DNA of 64,000 nt from Candidatus Thorarchaeota archaeon (GTDB taxonomy: Archaea > Asgardarchaeota > Thorarchaeia > Thorarchaeales > Thorarchaeaceae). The first letter of the stretch is position 1. Each line of letters opens with the position of its first letter. The stretch lies in contig JBHLRS010000016.1 of assembly GCA_048882325.1 (NCBI GenBank), positions 1-64,000 of the forward strand, written 5' to 3'. A program made the translations under genes and the position numbers. The notes beneath the pieces were generated by a model. The model was not told where the DNA came from. It searched no databases and was given only the letters and a program-made list of their open reading frames with translations. This document shows positions 28,127 through 38,413 of this stretch, one piece after another.

Positions 28127-28870
28127 ATGACAATGGTAAAGCGACTTATGATACACATTGACGAGGACCTGTGCACGGGCTGTGGAAATTGCGTTCCAGG
28201 GTGTGCAGAAGGAGCACTTCAGATTGTGGATGGCAAGGCGAAAGTTATTTCCGAATCTTTCTGTGATGGTCTAGGCGCATGTCTGGGTGAATGCCCGGAG
28301 GGGGCTCTTACTCTAAGAGAGGTTGAAACAGTACCTTTCGATGAAGAAGGAGCTCAAGAGAACATCAAGAGGACACTATTAGCCACTCAAGAAGTGGGAT
28401 GCGCCGGGAGTGAGAGTTACTCGTACGCTGAATTAGATGCAAGTGAGCACGATAGTCCAGATCATTTGTTACCAGAATCTGTCCTGAAACCGAAACAATC
28501 CAAGTTGACACATTGGCCAATAAAACTCAAGCTTCTTAGTCCTCAACATCCAGCCATGAAGGAGGCAAGTGTCCTAATCGTAGCAGATTGTGCAGCCCTA
28601 GCCTATACATCGATGCATGAAGATTTCTTGGAGGGTAAGGCGGCTATCATTGCGTGTCCAAAATTTGAAGACTATCAACAGAATGTGATGAAACTCACGC
28701 AAATGTTCCAAGTCAACAAAGTCAAGGATGTGTCAGTTGTGCATATGGAAGTTCCATGTTGTCACGGACTTGTTCGAGCTGTGGCTCAATCAATCATGAA
28801 CACAGGTCTCAATATTCCACTAAGAGTATTCGAGGTCGGAGTCAAAGGAAATATCAAGAGTGTTACTTAA
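28127..28870 (+). CDS. 4Fe-4S dicluster protein
   Basis: CTGCGNCVPGC, CDGLGACLGECP, WP.KL, ADC, CPK and MEVPCC motifs. Confidence 0.9.
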   Translation: MTMVKRLMIHIDEDLCTGCGNCVPGCAEGALQIVDGKAKVISESFCDGLGACLGECPEGALTLREVETVPFDEEGAQENIKRTLLATQEVGCAGSESYSYAELDASEHDSPDHLLPESVLKPKQSKLTHWPIKLKLLSPQHPAMKEASVLIVADCAALAYTSMHEDFLEGKAAIIACPKFEDYQQNVMKLTQMFQVNKVKDVSVVHMEVPCCHGLVRAVAQSIMNTGLNIPLRVFEVGVKGNIKSVT

Positions 28871-28888
28871 CCAAGACCCGGCGATTCT

Positions 28889-30073
28889 ATGGCAAGTGAA
28901 CGAAAGCCAGTCCTGAAAGAACTCGTTGAGAGAATCGGTTCTGGAGAATCAAGAACAGAACTGAAGAAGTATTTCGCTGACAAGTTGGGAGCTGTAAATC
29001 CTGTAGAGATAGAATACTATCGAAATGAATGGACAGCTGAGGGAATATCTGATGAGGATGTTCAAGTGCTATTGGATATGAGCCTCGAAGTCTTCAGAGA
29101 ATCAATCCAAAACCAGAAGCCATTGACCAAAAAAGGCCATCCATTATTCACGCTTATGACGGAACACTCGATGATGATGGAGTTTACTAATGAGCTGCAT
29201 GATCTAGTAAGTGGATTAGTAGCAGGTGAGAGAGAAGCTGGGTCAGGTTATATGGTTCGTGTCAGACAGCTGATTGGCTTTCTTGTTGAATCGGAATCCC
29301 ATTATCTTCGAGAAGAGAACGCTTTGTTTCCAGGTATTGAAAAGCATGGTCTAACTGGACCTCCTGCGGCAATGTGGAGTGAGCATCAGGACATTCATGC
29401 GAAAGAGAAGAAGATTTTCGATCTTAACTCCGATGATGACAAGAAATTAGAATCGAATCTGAAGGATATCAGTCTCCACACATTGGAACTCGCCAATTTG
29501 CTCGCAACCCATTTCAACAAGGAGAATAATATCCTGTTTCCAGCCGCTCTGAGACTGTTCAGCGATGCTGAATGGAACACTGTCGTTGATGACTTTGATG
29601 ACATTGGGTATTGCAGCTACTCAGTACGGCCAGAGGGAAGTAGCAGGACCACTGAAGTAGAGGCCGAGGAAGGAGAAATTGTTCTTGGGAGTGGAAAGCT
29701 GAAGATTCCTCTGTTGGAAGCAATCCTCAGTCGTCTCCCAATCGATATTACTTTTGTTGATGCACAAGACCGTGTCCAGTTCTTCAGTGAAGCACCCGAA
29801 CGAATCTTCGTACGGTCTCGAGCAATTATCGGAAGAAGTGTTCAGTTGTGCCATCCAAAGGACAGTGTCTATGCAGTAGAAGAGATACTTAACGATTTTA
29901 GGGATGGAAAACGAGACTCTGCGGAGTTTTGGATAAACCTCAGAAACAAGACAATTCACATTCGATACTTTGCTGTCCGAGATGGCGCGGGCGAGTATCT
30001 TGGGTGTCTTGAGGTAAGCCAAGACATCACAGAGATTAAGAAGATAACTGGTGAAAAGAGGCTCTTAGATTAA
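28889..30073 (+). CDS. DUF438 / hemerythrin / PAS domain protein
   Basis: GHP....M.EH, HY.REEN.LFP, MW.EH, H..KENNILFP; C-terminal PAS with R.F.R...IGR.V..CHP. Confidence 0.92.
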   Translation: MASERKPVLKELVERIGSGESRTELKKYFADKLGAVNPVEIEYYRNEWTAEGISDEDVQVLLDMSLEVFRESIQNQKPLTKKGHPLFTLMTEHSMMMEFTNELHDLVSGLVAGEREAGSGYMVRVRQLIGFLVESESHYLREENALFPGIEKHGLTGPPAAMWSEHQDIHAKEKKIFDLNSDDDKKLESNLKDISLHTLELANLLATHFNKENNILFPAALRLFSDAEWNTVVDDFDDIGYCSYSVRPEGSSRTTEVEAEEGEIVLGSGKLKIPLLEAILSRLPIDITFVDAQDRVQFFSEAPERIFVRSRAIIGRSVQLCHPKDSVYAVEEILNDFRDGKRDSAEFWINLRNKTIHIRYFAVRDGAGEYLGCLEVSQDITEIKKITGEKRLLD

Positions 30074-30951
30074 GTAGGCCATTTCGGTGTCATTGAGAAA
30101 TATACATTATCCATATCACTAGAGAGTACTGCTACTGGCAGATGCGGAGTGTCGTATTGCAACGCTACATTGCCAAGTTTATCGGCGATAATGAGACCAG
30201 CCTCTCCACTCGTTTTCTGACGAAGTTCACTCATCATTGCTTCTGCGGCTTGTTGAACAGTACGGCCCTGCTCAACATGGAACACTGCCATTCTTCCCAT
30301 CGTGATTCTGAGGATTTGTTCACCTTTCCCGGTACAACTTACGCCAGCTATATCGTTAGCATAAACGCCAGCTCCAATGATAGGACTGTCTCCTACTCTT
30401 CCAGGTAGTTTCCCTGGCCAACCACTTGTTGACGCCCCCGAAGCGATTCGACCAGTTTCATCAACCGCTATCGCGCCCACTGTGTCACACTCTTGCGCAA
30501 TAAGTGGACGTTCTGTTCTCTGAGTCGAGCTTTCTTCACGATACCCTTCCTTTAGCATCTGTTTGTATAGCTTGTTTGCTCCGGACCCAACTATCTGAAA
30601 GTTCGGTGTTCGTTCAAGAACATAGCGCGCGAGTGAGATTGGATGAGCAACATCCTGTACAGCCATAACAGCTCCACTCTCGAGTCTTTTGCCATCCATA
30701 ATTATTGCATCTAGTTCAATCTCACCATCACGATTCTTACTTGCTCCAAGACCTGCAGTGAAGAGGTTAGTTTCCTCAAGAACCCAGATCGCAGTCTCAA
30801 CAGCATCAAGAGATGATCCGCCCTTTTCAAGAGTACACATTCCTTGTTCTGCAGCTTTGCTTACTGCCTTCAGAATAGCATCATGATGTTTCTCTTCGAA
30901 GACAGTTGCACCTCCATGCACAATGACAATAGGGAGCTTCAGTAGGAACAC
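30070..30951 (-). CDS. Isoaspartyl peptidase/L-asparaginase (Ntn hydrolase)
   Basis: VHGGA, DTVGA (nucleophile Thr), STSG, GRVGDSP and TG.GE motifs. Confidence 0.93.
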   Translation of the reverse strand: MFLLKLPIVIVHGGATVFEEKHHDAILKAVSKAAEQGMCTLEKGGSSLDAVETAIWVLEETNLFTAGLGASKNRDGEIELDAIIMDGKRLESGAVMAVQDVAHPISLARYVLERTPNFQIVGSGANKLYKQMLKEGYREESSTQRTERPLIAQECDTVGAIAVDETGRIASGASTSGWPGKLPGRVGDSPIIGAGVYANDIAGVSCTGKGEQILRITMGRMAVFHVEQGRTVQQAAEAMMSELRQKTSGEAGLIIADKLGNVALQYDTPHLPVAVLSSDMDNVYFSMTPKWPT

Positions 30952-30999
30952 CGAGTGTAGTGCATATTAGAGTAGGACAAAAATATATCGAGAGGTCAT

Positions 31000-31899
31000 T
31001 CACATACCCAATCGATGGAGCTCTTCTTCAAACATCTTCTGTCTGTCTGCCAACGCTACTCTTCTACCAGCAAATGTTCCTAGATCAAGTGTGCCTGCTT
31101 TTGCTTGCTCATCCAGTCGTGCAATCTCAGCTTTGATCTCAGCTATTCGCTCCCGGATAACATCTACTCGAGACGCAGCACCCATCTGATCATCTTGAGT
31201 CGGTGACTGAACAGATATAATCTGCCCATCTCGAATCCGGTAAATTCGATCGCATTGCCTAGCAATCGAGGGATCATGGGTCACCATCAGGACTGTCTTT
31301 CCAAACTCCTTGTTCACCTTGTGTAGATATTCGACGATGATGGCTCCAGTTTCTGTGTCCAAGTCCCCGGTTGGTTCATCACATAACAAAACTTTCGGAT
31401 CATTCGCAATAGCAGCAGCAATTGCAACCCGCTGTCGTTCGCCTCCGGATAGCTCATCAGGTTTGTGCTTCATCCGGTCAGCAAGGCCCACAATATTGAG
31501 CAATTCTTCCACTCGTGCCTTTCTGGTACTTCCATCAGCTTTGGCGGCAAGCATAGGCAGTTCAACATTTTCGTAGGCGGTAAGGGTCGGTATGAGATTT
31601 AGTTCTTGGAAGATATGTCCAACAATCTCTCGTCGCAAGGCAACAAGCTGTGTGGGATTTGCATTCGTCACGTCATATCCTGCAACGACAGTGGTACCAG
31701 CTGTAGCTTTTGTAATTCCACCGAGAATATTGAGTAGAGTTGTCTTTCCAGATCCACTCGCTCCGACAATAGCGACCATCTCACCCTTGTCAACTTGAAT
31801 TGACAGACCTCGAAGGGCCTGGACCTCAACACTTCCCAGTCGAAAGACCTTCACGAGGTCATCCGCTTGAATATACGCTTTATTACTCATCATTATCAC
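31000..31899 (-). CDS. ABC transporter ATP-binding protein (LolD/MacB-type) with coiled C-terminal extension
   Basis: GASGSGKT, LSGGERQR, DEPTG and VTHD motifs. Confidence 0.95.
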   Translation of the reverse strand: MIMMSNKAYIQADDLVKVFRLGSVEVQALRGLSIQVDKGEMVAIVGASGSGKTTLLNILGGITKATAGTTVVAGYDVTNANPTQLVALRREIVGHIFQELNLIPTLTAYENVELPMLAAKADGSTRKARVEELLNIVGLADRMKHKPDELSGGERQRVAIAAAIANDPKVLLCDEPTGDLDTETGAIIVEYLHKVNKEFGKTVLMVTHDPSIARQCDRIYRIRDGQIISVQSPTQDDQMGAASRVDVIRERIAEIKAEIARLDEQAKAGTLDLGTFAGRRVALADRQKMFEEELHRLGM

Positions 31900-34686
31900 C
31901 TATGCTCTTAACACGTCAACTTTCGTTTCGGGTCGTCTGGAAGCCCACCAGACAGGAATAATTGCTGCAAGTAGAATCACTACTATGAGAATCAGATTCG
32001 TGGTGAACGCTGGTCCTCCTAAAGTCACTCTGTATCGTATCAATCCAGTTGCATTCGTATTTTGTTGTGAGGCTTGCCCTAGGTTTTGAGCAAAGCCAAC
32101 CAATCCTCCGAGGAGGAGTGCAAACACAACTGTGACCATAACTTCTGCTAGTAAGGTCTTGAATAGCTGCCACTTGCTGAACCCCCGAACAGAGAGCAAG
32201 GCAATCTCAGCATCTTTCTCTCTGAGTGTAAGGATTACCACAAGTGCGACACCAGCTAATGCGAGGATAATTGCGAAACTTATTGCTAGATACTGTATCT
32301 TAGTGGTTCCACTTCGAAGAGGACTCGATTGATAATCAGCAATCTCTGAAGTGACCGAATACGTAGAGTATACCTCGTCGAAATCAAGAATGAATTGTTG
32401 TTGAAGAATAGTCCCATTCACACCCGGTGCAGTATCAACTAAGATGTTCGCAGTTGATGTGTGGATGAGCATGCTCTCGTTCAAGAAAGACTCAGATACA
32501 ATGGATACATAGTCTCCACCTGTTGTGAAAGTGAATCCCACAATGGCTATTTCAATTATTGACTGATACCCAATTAGGCCGACAATGGTTAGGGCAAAGG
32601 TTCCTGAACCAAAAGGACCATCAACATAGATTTGGTCGCCTACCTCCAAGTCCAGAGTCTTTGCAACATCTCGTGAGATGATGATACCATCGTCACCGAG
32701 GTTGTTCAACATTTCCTCGAAATTACTTGTAAACCAAGCTGATTCCCAATACCCAACTTCCATCCATTCATCAGGTCGTATGCCCTTGGTATCTATCGTG
32801 TTAGTCCCTGCTCTGAGATCAAGATGATACTCTGGAGTGACAGCATCCACCTCCTCATATGCTGAGACCTGATCAAGCATCTCGGTCATGTTTGCTCCTG
32901 CTTCTAGTTGGATGCGGACATCAGCTCCCACATCATAACGAGCAGTCCTCTCTGTGTAATCATATTGTGAATATAGGCTTCCAGTAGCAAAGATTCCATA
33001 CGAAACTATGAGTGAAATAATGAAGACAAGAGACGCTGTTCGAGCTGGATTGCGTTTCACATTTCTTGTAGCCAGATTCCCAAAGGCACCGAAAAACCTT
33101 CGACCTGCATTTACTACGGCCTCTTGGAATCTCAATGATCCTTTCATGAAGACCCTAGTTGCACCATAGAGAAACAGGAGTGGTCCAATGAAGTTGAGGA
33201 CACTATCAATTGCCAACCAGACAGCAATCAGTAGCGTAATCACAAAATTCCCGATTGTGATTGCGTTGAAGAGACTGCTGACATCTATTCCGAGTAGCCA
33301 TACTATAAGTTTGTAGGATCCAAGGACCAGAGAAACTGTAGGTAAGAGCTTCTTATATTCAGACACGTCTTCGACAAAGATGTACTGCTTCAACGCATCT
33401 AGAATCTCAAGTTTGGAGGCTCGGCCTGCAGGTCTCCAGACAGAGAACAAGCCCAAAAACATTCCAACGATGATAGATAGAATCACTGAGACGATGTTGG
33501 TAAGGACTGCAGAAAAGATATTGACACCAGTGATTCCCAGAACGAAGTATGCTGAGCCAGTCCCGAGGAAGATAGCAAGGCCACCAGCAATACCACCTAC
33601 CAACGCTCCTTCCACAAGGAACATGCGTTTGATTGTGTGTCGCTGATACCCCTTTGTCAGAAGCAGTCCGATTTCTCGTCTTCTGAAGTTATATCCAACA
33701 TCACTCACCATTGTCCCAGTGAAATATGCAAGTAAGAAGACAGGGAGTGACAATGAGATAAATGCGAGATTCATGAAGATTGAAGTAAATGAATAAATTG
33801 TTAGTGGGAATTGGAGATTAGATATGATATCCCCTTCGTAAGGACTAGCTGGAACACTGATTTGATTCTCAATGGTTGACAGTCTAGAAAGTGATGCATC
33901 TATATCATACGGATCAAGGAATCTTGGACGGTCTATCTGCAAATGTATGAGATTTCGTACTCCTACTGATCTATGGTCTGCTATCCCAGATGCTTCTTGA
34001 AGAATTGAGTCTACTGAGAGGTCCCAGTCAGTAATCATCAGGTTATATGTGGACACACCAAAAAAAGCTGCCGCACCAGGATCTCCACCAGCTATCAGCT
34101 GAAAGAAACTTAAGGCTGGAGCTTGGTAGATTGCATCTCGAGTGTAATGTGGGATACTGACTAATCCTGCAACAGTGAAATTCCGCTGGATGACCACAGG
34201 GAGAAGTGGGAATCTGTTTACAACAATCTCAATCTCTATTACTTGATCCAGCTCAAAAAGCGACTCATTTGCTGACCCCGCTACGACATATGTCTCGTTG
34301 GGACCAAGACTTGAACGCCCTGAAATCAGCTGCAAACCAGTCGTAAGAGCAGACGACATCTCAATCCCAGCTAGAGTCATGTTCACTCCTGTATTGTTAA
34401 AATCAAAGCTGAACTGAGTAGAGTGGGTGGTTTCGATGATTCCATCTGTCTCAAGTATGCTTGACTCAAGATCTTGTATGTCAGAAACTGTCCAGTTTGA
34501 GCTGGGACTTGCTACAGCAAAGTCGTAGAGGTACTCATCAACACTCGCATTGAGTGCATCCCTAGAGATGACATCTGCTGCAACGTTCGTGGCGGCAAAG
34601 AAAGTAGTTGCCAATAGCACACCAATAGTTAAAGCAATGAAAAGTCGATAACTTCGAGCAACTCGTTTGATGGCGTATCTGAACAT
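31900..34686 (-). CDS. FtsX/MacB-like ABC permease (duplicated)
   Basis: Two halves, each TM + large extracellular domain + RRREIGLL..KG or EIALL..RG. Confidence 0.9.
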   Translation of the reverse strand: MFRYAIKRVARSYRLFIALTIGVLLATTFFAATNVAADVISRDALNASVDEYLYDFAVASPSSNWTVSDIQDLESSILETDGIIETTHSTQFSFDFNNTGVNMTLAGIEMSSALTTGLQLISGRSSLGPNETYVVAGSANESLFELDQVIEIEIVVNRFPLLPVVIQRNFTVAGLVSIPHYTRDAIYQAPALSFFQLIAGGDPGAAAFFGVSTYNLMITDWDLSVDSILQEASGIADHRSVGVRNLIHLQIDRPRFLDPYDIDASLSRLSTIENQISVPASPYEGDIISNLQFPLTIYSFTSIFMNLAFISLSLPVFLLAYFTGTMVSDVGYNFRRREIGLLLTKGYQRHTIKRMFLVEGALVGGIAGGLAIFLGTGSAYFVLGITGVNIFSAVLTNIVSVILSIIVGMFLGLFSVWRPAGRASKLEILDALKQYIFVEDVSEYKKLLPTVSLVLGSYKLIVWLLGIDVSSLFNAITIGNFVITLLIAVWLAIDSVLNFIGPLLFLYGATRVFMKGSLRFQEAVVNAGRRFFGAFGNLATRNVKRNPARTASLVFIISLIVSYGIFATGSLYSQYDYTERTARYDVGADVRIQLEAGANMTEMLDQVSAYEEVDAVTPEYHLDLRAGTNTIDTKGIRPDEWMEVGYWESAWFTSNFEEMLNNLGDDGIIISRDVAKTLDLEVGDQIYVDGPFGSGTFALTIVGLIGYQSIIEIAIVGFTFTTGGDYVSIVSESFLNESMLIHTSTANILVDTAPGVNGTILQQQFILDFDEVYSTYSVTSEIADYQSSPLRSGTTKIQYLAISFAIILALAGVALVVILTLREKDAEIALLSVRGFSKWQLFKTLLAEVMVTVVFALLLGGLVGFAQNLGQASQQNTNATGLIRYRVTLGGPAFTTNLILIVVILLAAIIPVWWASRRPETKVDVLRA

Positions 34687-34850
34687 CGCAGCTTTGTCCT
34701 CCAGAATGCCCTATCAGTGAATCAAAGTCTTATAAACTGTTTGATGTTTGTCAAAAACCAAAAGTCAACGACCTATTTCTTTGTAATGATCAAAATATAG
34801 CAGATTTGAGCCAATGAAGCTACTGGGACTCACAGACTTATAAGATTCAC

Positions 34851-34874
34851 GATTATATCATATGTGATATAATC
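34851..34874. promoter_or_regulatory. Near-perfect 24-bp palindrome (operator or terminator)
   Basis: GATTATATCA-tatg-TGATATAATC between the 34877 stop and the permease promoter. Confidence 0.45.
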
Positions 34875-34876
34875 AT

Positions 34877-35443
34877 TCATATGCTGCCTTTCCGTCGATC
34901 ATACATCACAGCAATAACTGCAACAAACGCAATCAGGGTAATGCTAGTACTCACCACAATTGGCATAGTGACAGTTTGTGGAATGGTCGGAGTTGGGTTA
35001 GAATCGAAGACGACATCAATGTTTGAAGAAGTTCGTGAGTTGTTTGCCATATCATACGCCTTAACACGAACATTGAATGTACCTTCATTTGGGAATGTGG
35101 GAACAGATCCTGTATAGAAAGTCCCATTATGTGTCATAAGTCCAATGAAGGTCATGTTTGGACCCAAGACCCTCACAGTGACGTTTCGTATGTTGGGATC
35201 ATCGTCGTTCACAATCTCATCATCGGTCACATTGGCCCACACATCAAAACCGTTCCCAAGTTCTGGTTCACCCTCCATCCCCCAACCATAGATGTTCGGT
35301 CTCGTCACATCCTGAGCAATGATGGGTTGAAGAGTAGAAAGGAAAATGGTCGCAACAAAAAGCAGTCCAAGCAATGTAATGAAACGAAGTTGGGCCATTG
35401 TAATCACGGACTCGGTTGTGTTTTCCTTAATTAGGTCGCTCAT
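34877..35443 (-). CDS. Small secreted membrane-anchored Ig-like protein
   Basis: Signal peptide, ANVTD...V.AYD.ANN pattern, PT linker, C-terminal TM plus RRK. Confidence 0.7.
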   Translation of the reverse strand: MSDLIKENTTESVITMAQLRFITLLGLLFVATIFLSTLQPIIAQDVTRPNIYGWGMEGEPELGNGFDVWANVTDDEIVNDDDPNIRNVTVRVLGPNMTFIGLMTHNGTFYTGSVPTFPNEGTFNVRVKAYDMANNSRTSSNIDVVFDSNPTPTIPQTVTMPIVVSTSITLIAFVAVIAVMYDRRKGSI

Positions 35444-35531
35444 TCACGCACTAATGTTATCTATGGCTCAGAACCTTATTTATCGAGAAAAGAGATGCGG
35501 GGGACGTAAAAAAACCCCCCTGAGGTGCAAG

Positions 35532-36128
35532 TTAGTATAAGAAGAATGGTAACAATAGAATCAGCATGAACAAGACGATTATGAATCCGAAGCAGCAGAG
35601 AAGTCTACAACCACAACTCTGCCCTTTGAAGAAGATGCGATCTACAACAATAGCTGATGCAACTGCATGCTTCCAATCCATATATTCTCCAACTTGCACT
35701 CTGAACTGGTCACGAATGGCAAGAATTTTCTTGTCAAATCTGAAAGCAAATATTCCTCCACTACTCAGTGCTTCAAATCCCCAAGCCATTAGTCCGCCTT
35801 GGGCTTTGACCTCTTCATCCCGATAGTACATCTTGAAATGCTTTCTAAGGGCAATCCAAGGTCTTGTCAGTTTCACAAGTCTATTTCCATCTTGATCCTC
35901 AAGCCAGAAGGTCTTGTCAAAGAACCCGCCTCTCGCTGTCAGAATCCTGTTTCCTTGCATGTCTTCCACATGGACAGTGGATCGAAGGAAACTCATCCAC
36001 GTTTGACGTGCAATACCTATTTGCTCGCCTGTTGTTTCATCAAATATCTCATAAACTGGTCTCATCGCCATGAGTTTTTGTTGTACTTTGTAATTGTGTC
36101 TTCCAGTATCACTGGGTGTAACTTCCAT
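35532..36128 (-). CDS. LURP-one/scramblase (Tubby-C-like) protein with C-terminal TM
   Basis: Y.V.QK......Y.I.D..GEQIG and KK..AIRD.F.V patterns, terminal helix AVASAIVVD. Confidence 0.75.
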   Translation of the reverse strand: MEVTPSDTGRHNYKVQQKLMAMRPVYEIFDETTGEQIGIARQTWMSFLRSTVHVEDMQGNRILTARGGFFDKTFWLEDQDGNRLVKLTRPWIALRKHFKMYYRDEEVKAQGGLMAWGFEALSSGGIFAFRFDKKILAIRDQFRVQVGEYMDWKHAVASAIVVDRIFFKGQSCGCRLLCCFGFIIVLFMLILLLPFFLY

Positions 36129-36213
36129 ACGAAAACCCCCATACTTGAAGGCTGAAAACCTCCTAATAAGAAGTAGGAATTCTTTTTGTAAACTACATAG
36201 ACCTGATTGAACC

Positions 36214-36852
36214 TTACTTCAGAGCTGGACCTCCATCCAAAACACGAAACCATTGACCACAGGCTGAACAGTGAATACCTCCTTGGTCATCGACAGTACT
36301 CGCGCCTTGTACTGTATGGGCACCACAATAAGGACAAGTAACATGTCTATCATGGACTGATGCAAGCTCTTCAACTCGTTCATACTCTCCCTCAAACTCA
36401 GCTGCGACATTCTTACCAAGATAGCCACCCACGAAGGCACTTCCAATGAAAAAAATACTGTATATTGCAATCCCATAATAGAACATAACAGCGAATGAGA
36501 GGAACAGAAACACAAAGAACGGGCCAACAATATATGCCATGAAGACTAGTAACAATCCTTGACCTCCAAAGCTCGTGCAAGTCTGTCTTGGTTTTATGTC
36601 CCAAAGTGCAGAAGCGATTATGCTGTTAGTCGCTCCTAGGACAAGTGTTAGCACTATGGCCATGACAAACAGCGTTGAAATGAGCGTTGCAAAATCAACA
36701 AAAAACATATTCAGAAGTATAAAATCAAACAGCCACAGTGTGCCAGTTGACATAATCGCAAAAGGCAATCCTTGAACAAAGTACTTGATGATTTCACTTT
36801 GATGCTTGAATCTTTCTTGTTGCTGTGGATAACTCACCCATCGGTCTTCCAA
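36214..36852 (-). CDS. 4-TM membrane protein with C-terminal zinc ribbon
   Basis: Four TMs, then CPYCG...CSACG. Confidence 0.75.
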   Translation of the reverse strand: MEDRWVSYPQQQERFKHQSEIIKYFVQGLPFAIMSTGTLWLFDFILLNMFFVDFATLISTLFVMAIVLTLVLGATNSIIASALWDIKPRQTCTSFGGQGLLLVFMAYIVGPFFVFLFLSFAVMFYYGIAIYSIFFIGSAFVGGYLGKNVAAEFEGEYERVEELASVHDRHVTCPYCGAHTVQGASTVDDQGGIHCSACGQWFRVLDGGPALK

Positions 36853-36997
36853 GAGTTCAGCTCCTACATATAATCCAACACCTATTCTACTGAAAAGCTC
36901 TTCGTCTAATTCTGTTTAGGCACCAGAATAGACGAACCAGTATCTGAGGTACTTGTTAAATGTAAGACATTGCAAACAATTCCCTGCTCAGAAAGAG

Positions 36998-37022
36998 AAG
37001 GTGGGCACGGCTCTGTGCGAGC
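36998..37022 (-). repeat. 25-bp repeat, copy of 38412-38436
   Basis: aaggtgggcacggctctgtgcgagc vs aaggtgggcgcagctctgtgcgagc (23/25 identical); begins 3 nt after the LRR stop. Confidence 0.85.
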
Positions 37023-37025
37023 TCC

Positions 37026-38378
37026 CTACCATAGTCTTCTTTGCCATTTGATCTTCTTCTTCATCTTTCGAAGTCTGGGTGATTGTATCTCTTTCAACAT
37101 CTTGCGATTAGCAACTGGTTTAATCTTTCCAAATTTAATGTCTTTCAACGCAGGACATGAGAGAAGTGGAGTAATATCAACCTTCGACATGAGCTTCGAG
37201 GTTATTCTAAACGACCTAAGATTCTTCAGTCCAGACAAGGGAGATAAGTCGATACTTTCAAGACTTGAATGCTCCAAGCCCAAGCTTTCTAGACTGGTAC
37301 AAGCTGACAGTGGTGTTAGGTCGATATCAACGAGGTGTCTTGAGCCGAGGTTAATCTCTCTCAATGATGAAGAAACGATAGGTGTAAGATCTATTGTCTC
37401 TAACATGTTTCCAGAGATGTCCAAGGACTCACACGTAAGCCTTGTTGGAAACACGAGCTCGTTAATCTTGTTGTCTGCAAGGTTGATCTTTTTGAGATGC
37501 AGATGTTCAAGCGGAGTAAGGTCTACCTTAGTAAGATTACATGCTTCAAAACTGATGTGTTCTAGTTTAGAGCATGTACTAAGAGGTGAGAAGTCGACCT
37601 CCGATATCTTCTGTTTTGAGAAGATGACTTCCTTTAGGTCTTTGGAGGCGCGCAATGGTGACAAGTCGATTGACTTGAGGGTTTTGGGGTCTCTCTTCTT
37701 TCCCCCGGCAAACGTGATGCTTTCAAGTGATGATATTGAAGGAAGAACAACCGCTTCAGGCACCCACCTTAGAACACGAACATGAGTGATCGATTTCGAT
37801 GTATTCAACCATGACAGGTCAGATTCTCTCAGAGAGTGGTAGGTCAGACTCTTCAGACTCGGTAGGAGTGGAATGGTCTTTCTGTCATGTTCCACATTAC
37901 CATGTATGAGCAGACTCTCAAGACGATTAGAGTCAGGAAAGGTGACGTTTGCAACATATGCGTCACAAAGACAAGGTGTGTCATCAATACTGACAATAAT
38001 TGATGAGGGTTGAGTAAAGGGAGAAAGGTCGATTGTACCATCCAAACCCTTGATGGTCAATTCTCTGACTGACTCATTGTTGCTATACTTACTGAAGTCA
38101 ATACCATCTAGAGTCCCGAGCCTGTTACCTTTTAGGACTTCTCTTAGAAAAGACCACCCACAAGATATGAACAATTCTTCAGCAGCTGAAGCATATCTGG
38201 CCAACCCATCTATCTGTTCTTGAGTTATGTCACTACCTGTAATCATTAGTTTGCTTTTATCAAATTTCCAATCGAATTTTGTATGTCTTCGTTCATACCA
38301 ATCTATTTTTCCAGTCTTCATCCTACTCATGCACTTGAACGACATCGAGTTTAAGATTTTGGTAAAACACGGCAACAA
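37026..38378 (-). CDS. Leucine-rich repeat protein (start uncertain)
   Basis: Repeated IDLSPL/VDLTPL..L..L.L..N units in the C-terminal half. Confidence 0.85.
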   Translation of the reverse strand: MLPCFTKILNSMSFKCMSRMKTGKIDWYERRHTKFDWKFDKSKLMITGSDITQEQIDGLARYASAAEELFISCGWSFLREVLKGNRLGTLDGIDFSKYSNNESVRELTIKGLDGTIDLSPFTQPSSIIVSIDDTPCLCDAYVANVTFPDSNRLESLLIHGNVEHDRKTIPLLPSLKSLTYHSLRESDLSWLNTSKSITHVRVLRWVPEAVVLPSISSLESITFAGGKKRDPKTLKSIDLSPLRASKDLKEVIFSKQKISEVDFSPLSTCSKLEHISFEACNLTKVDLTPLEHLHLKKINLADNKINELVFPTRLTCESLDISGNMLETIDLTPIVSSSLREINLGSRHLVDIDLTPLSACTSLESLGLEHSSLESIDLSPLSGLKNLRSFRITSKLMSKVDITPLLSCPALKDIKFGKIKPVANRKMLKEIQSPRLRKMKKKIKWQRRLW

Positions 38379-38413
38379 CAGATCATTCGCACGTCATAAG
38401 ATGAAAAGGAAAA

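Noticed and set aside
36970-37785. 271-aa plus-strand ORF and the many other 60-170 aa antisense ORFs
   Set aside because: Shadow frames of well-supported genes with no motifs of their own
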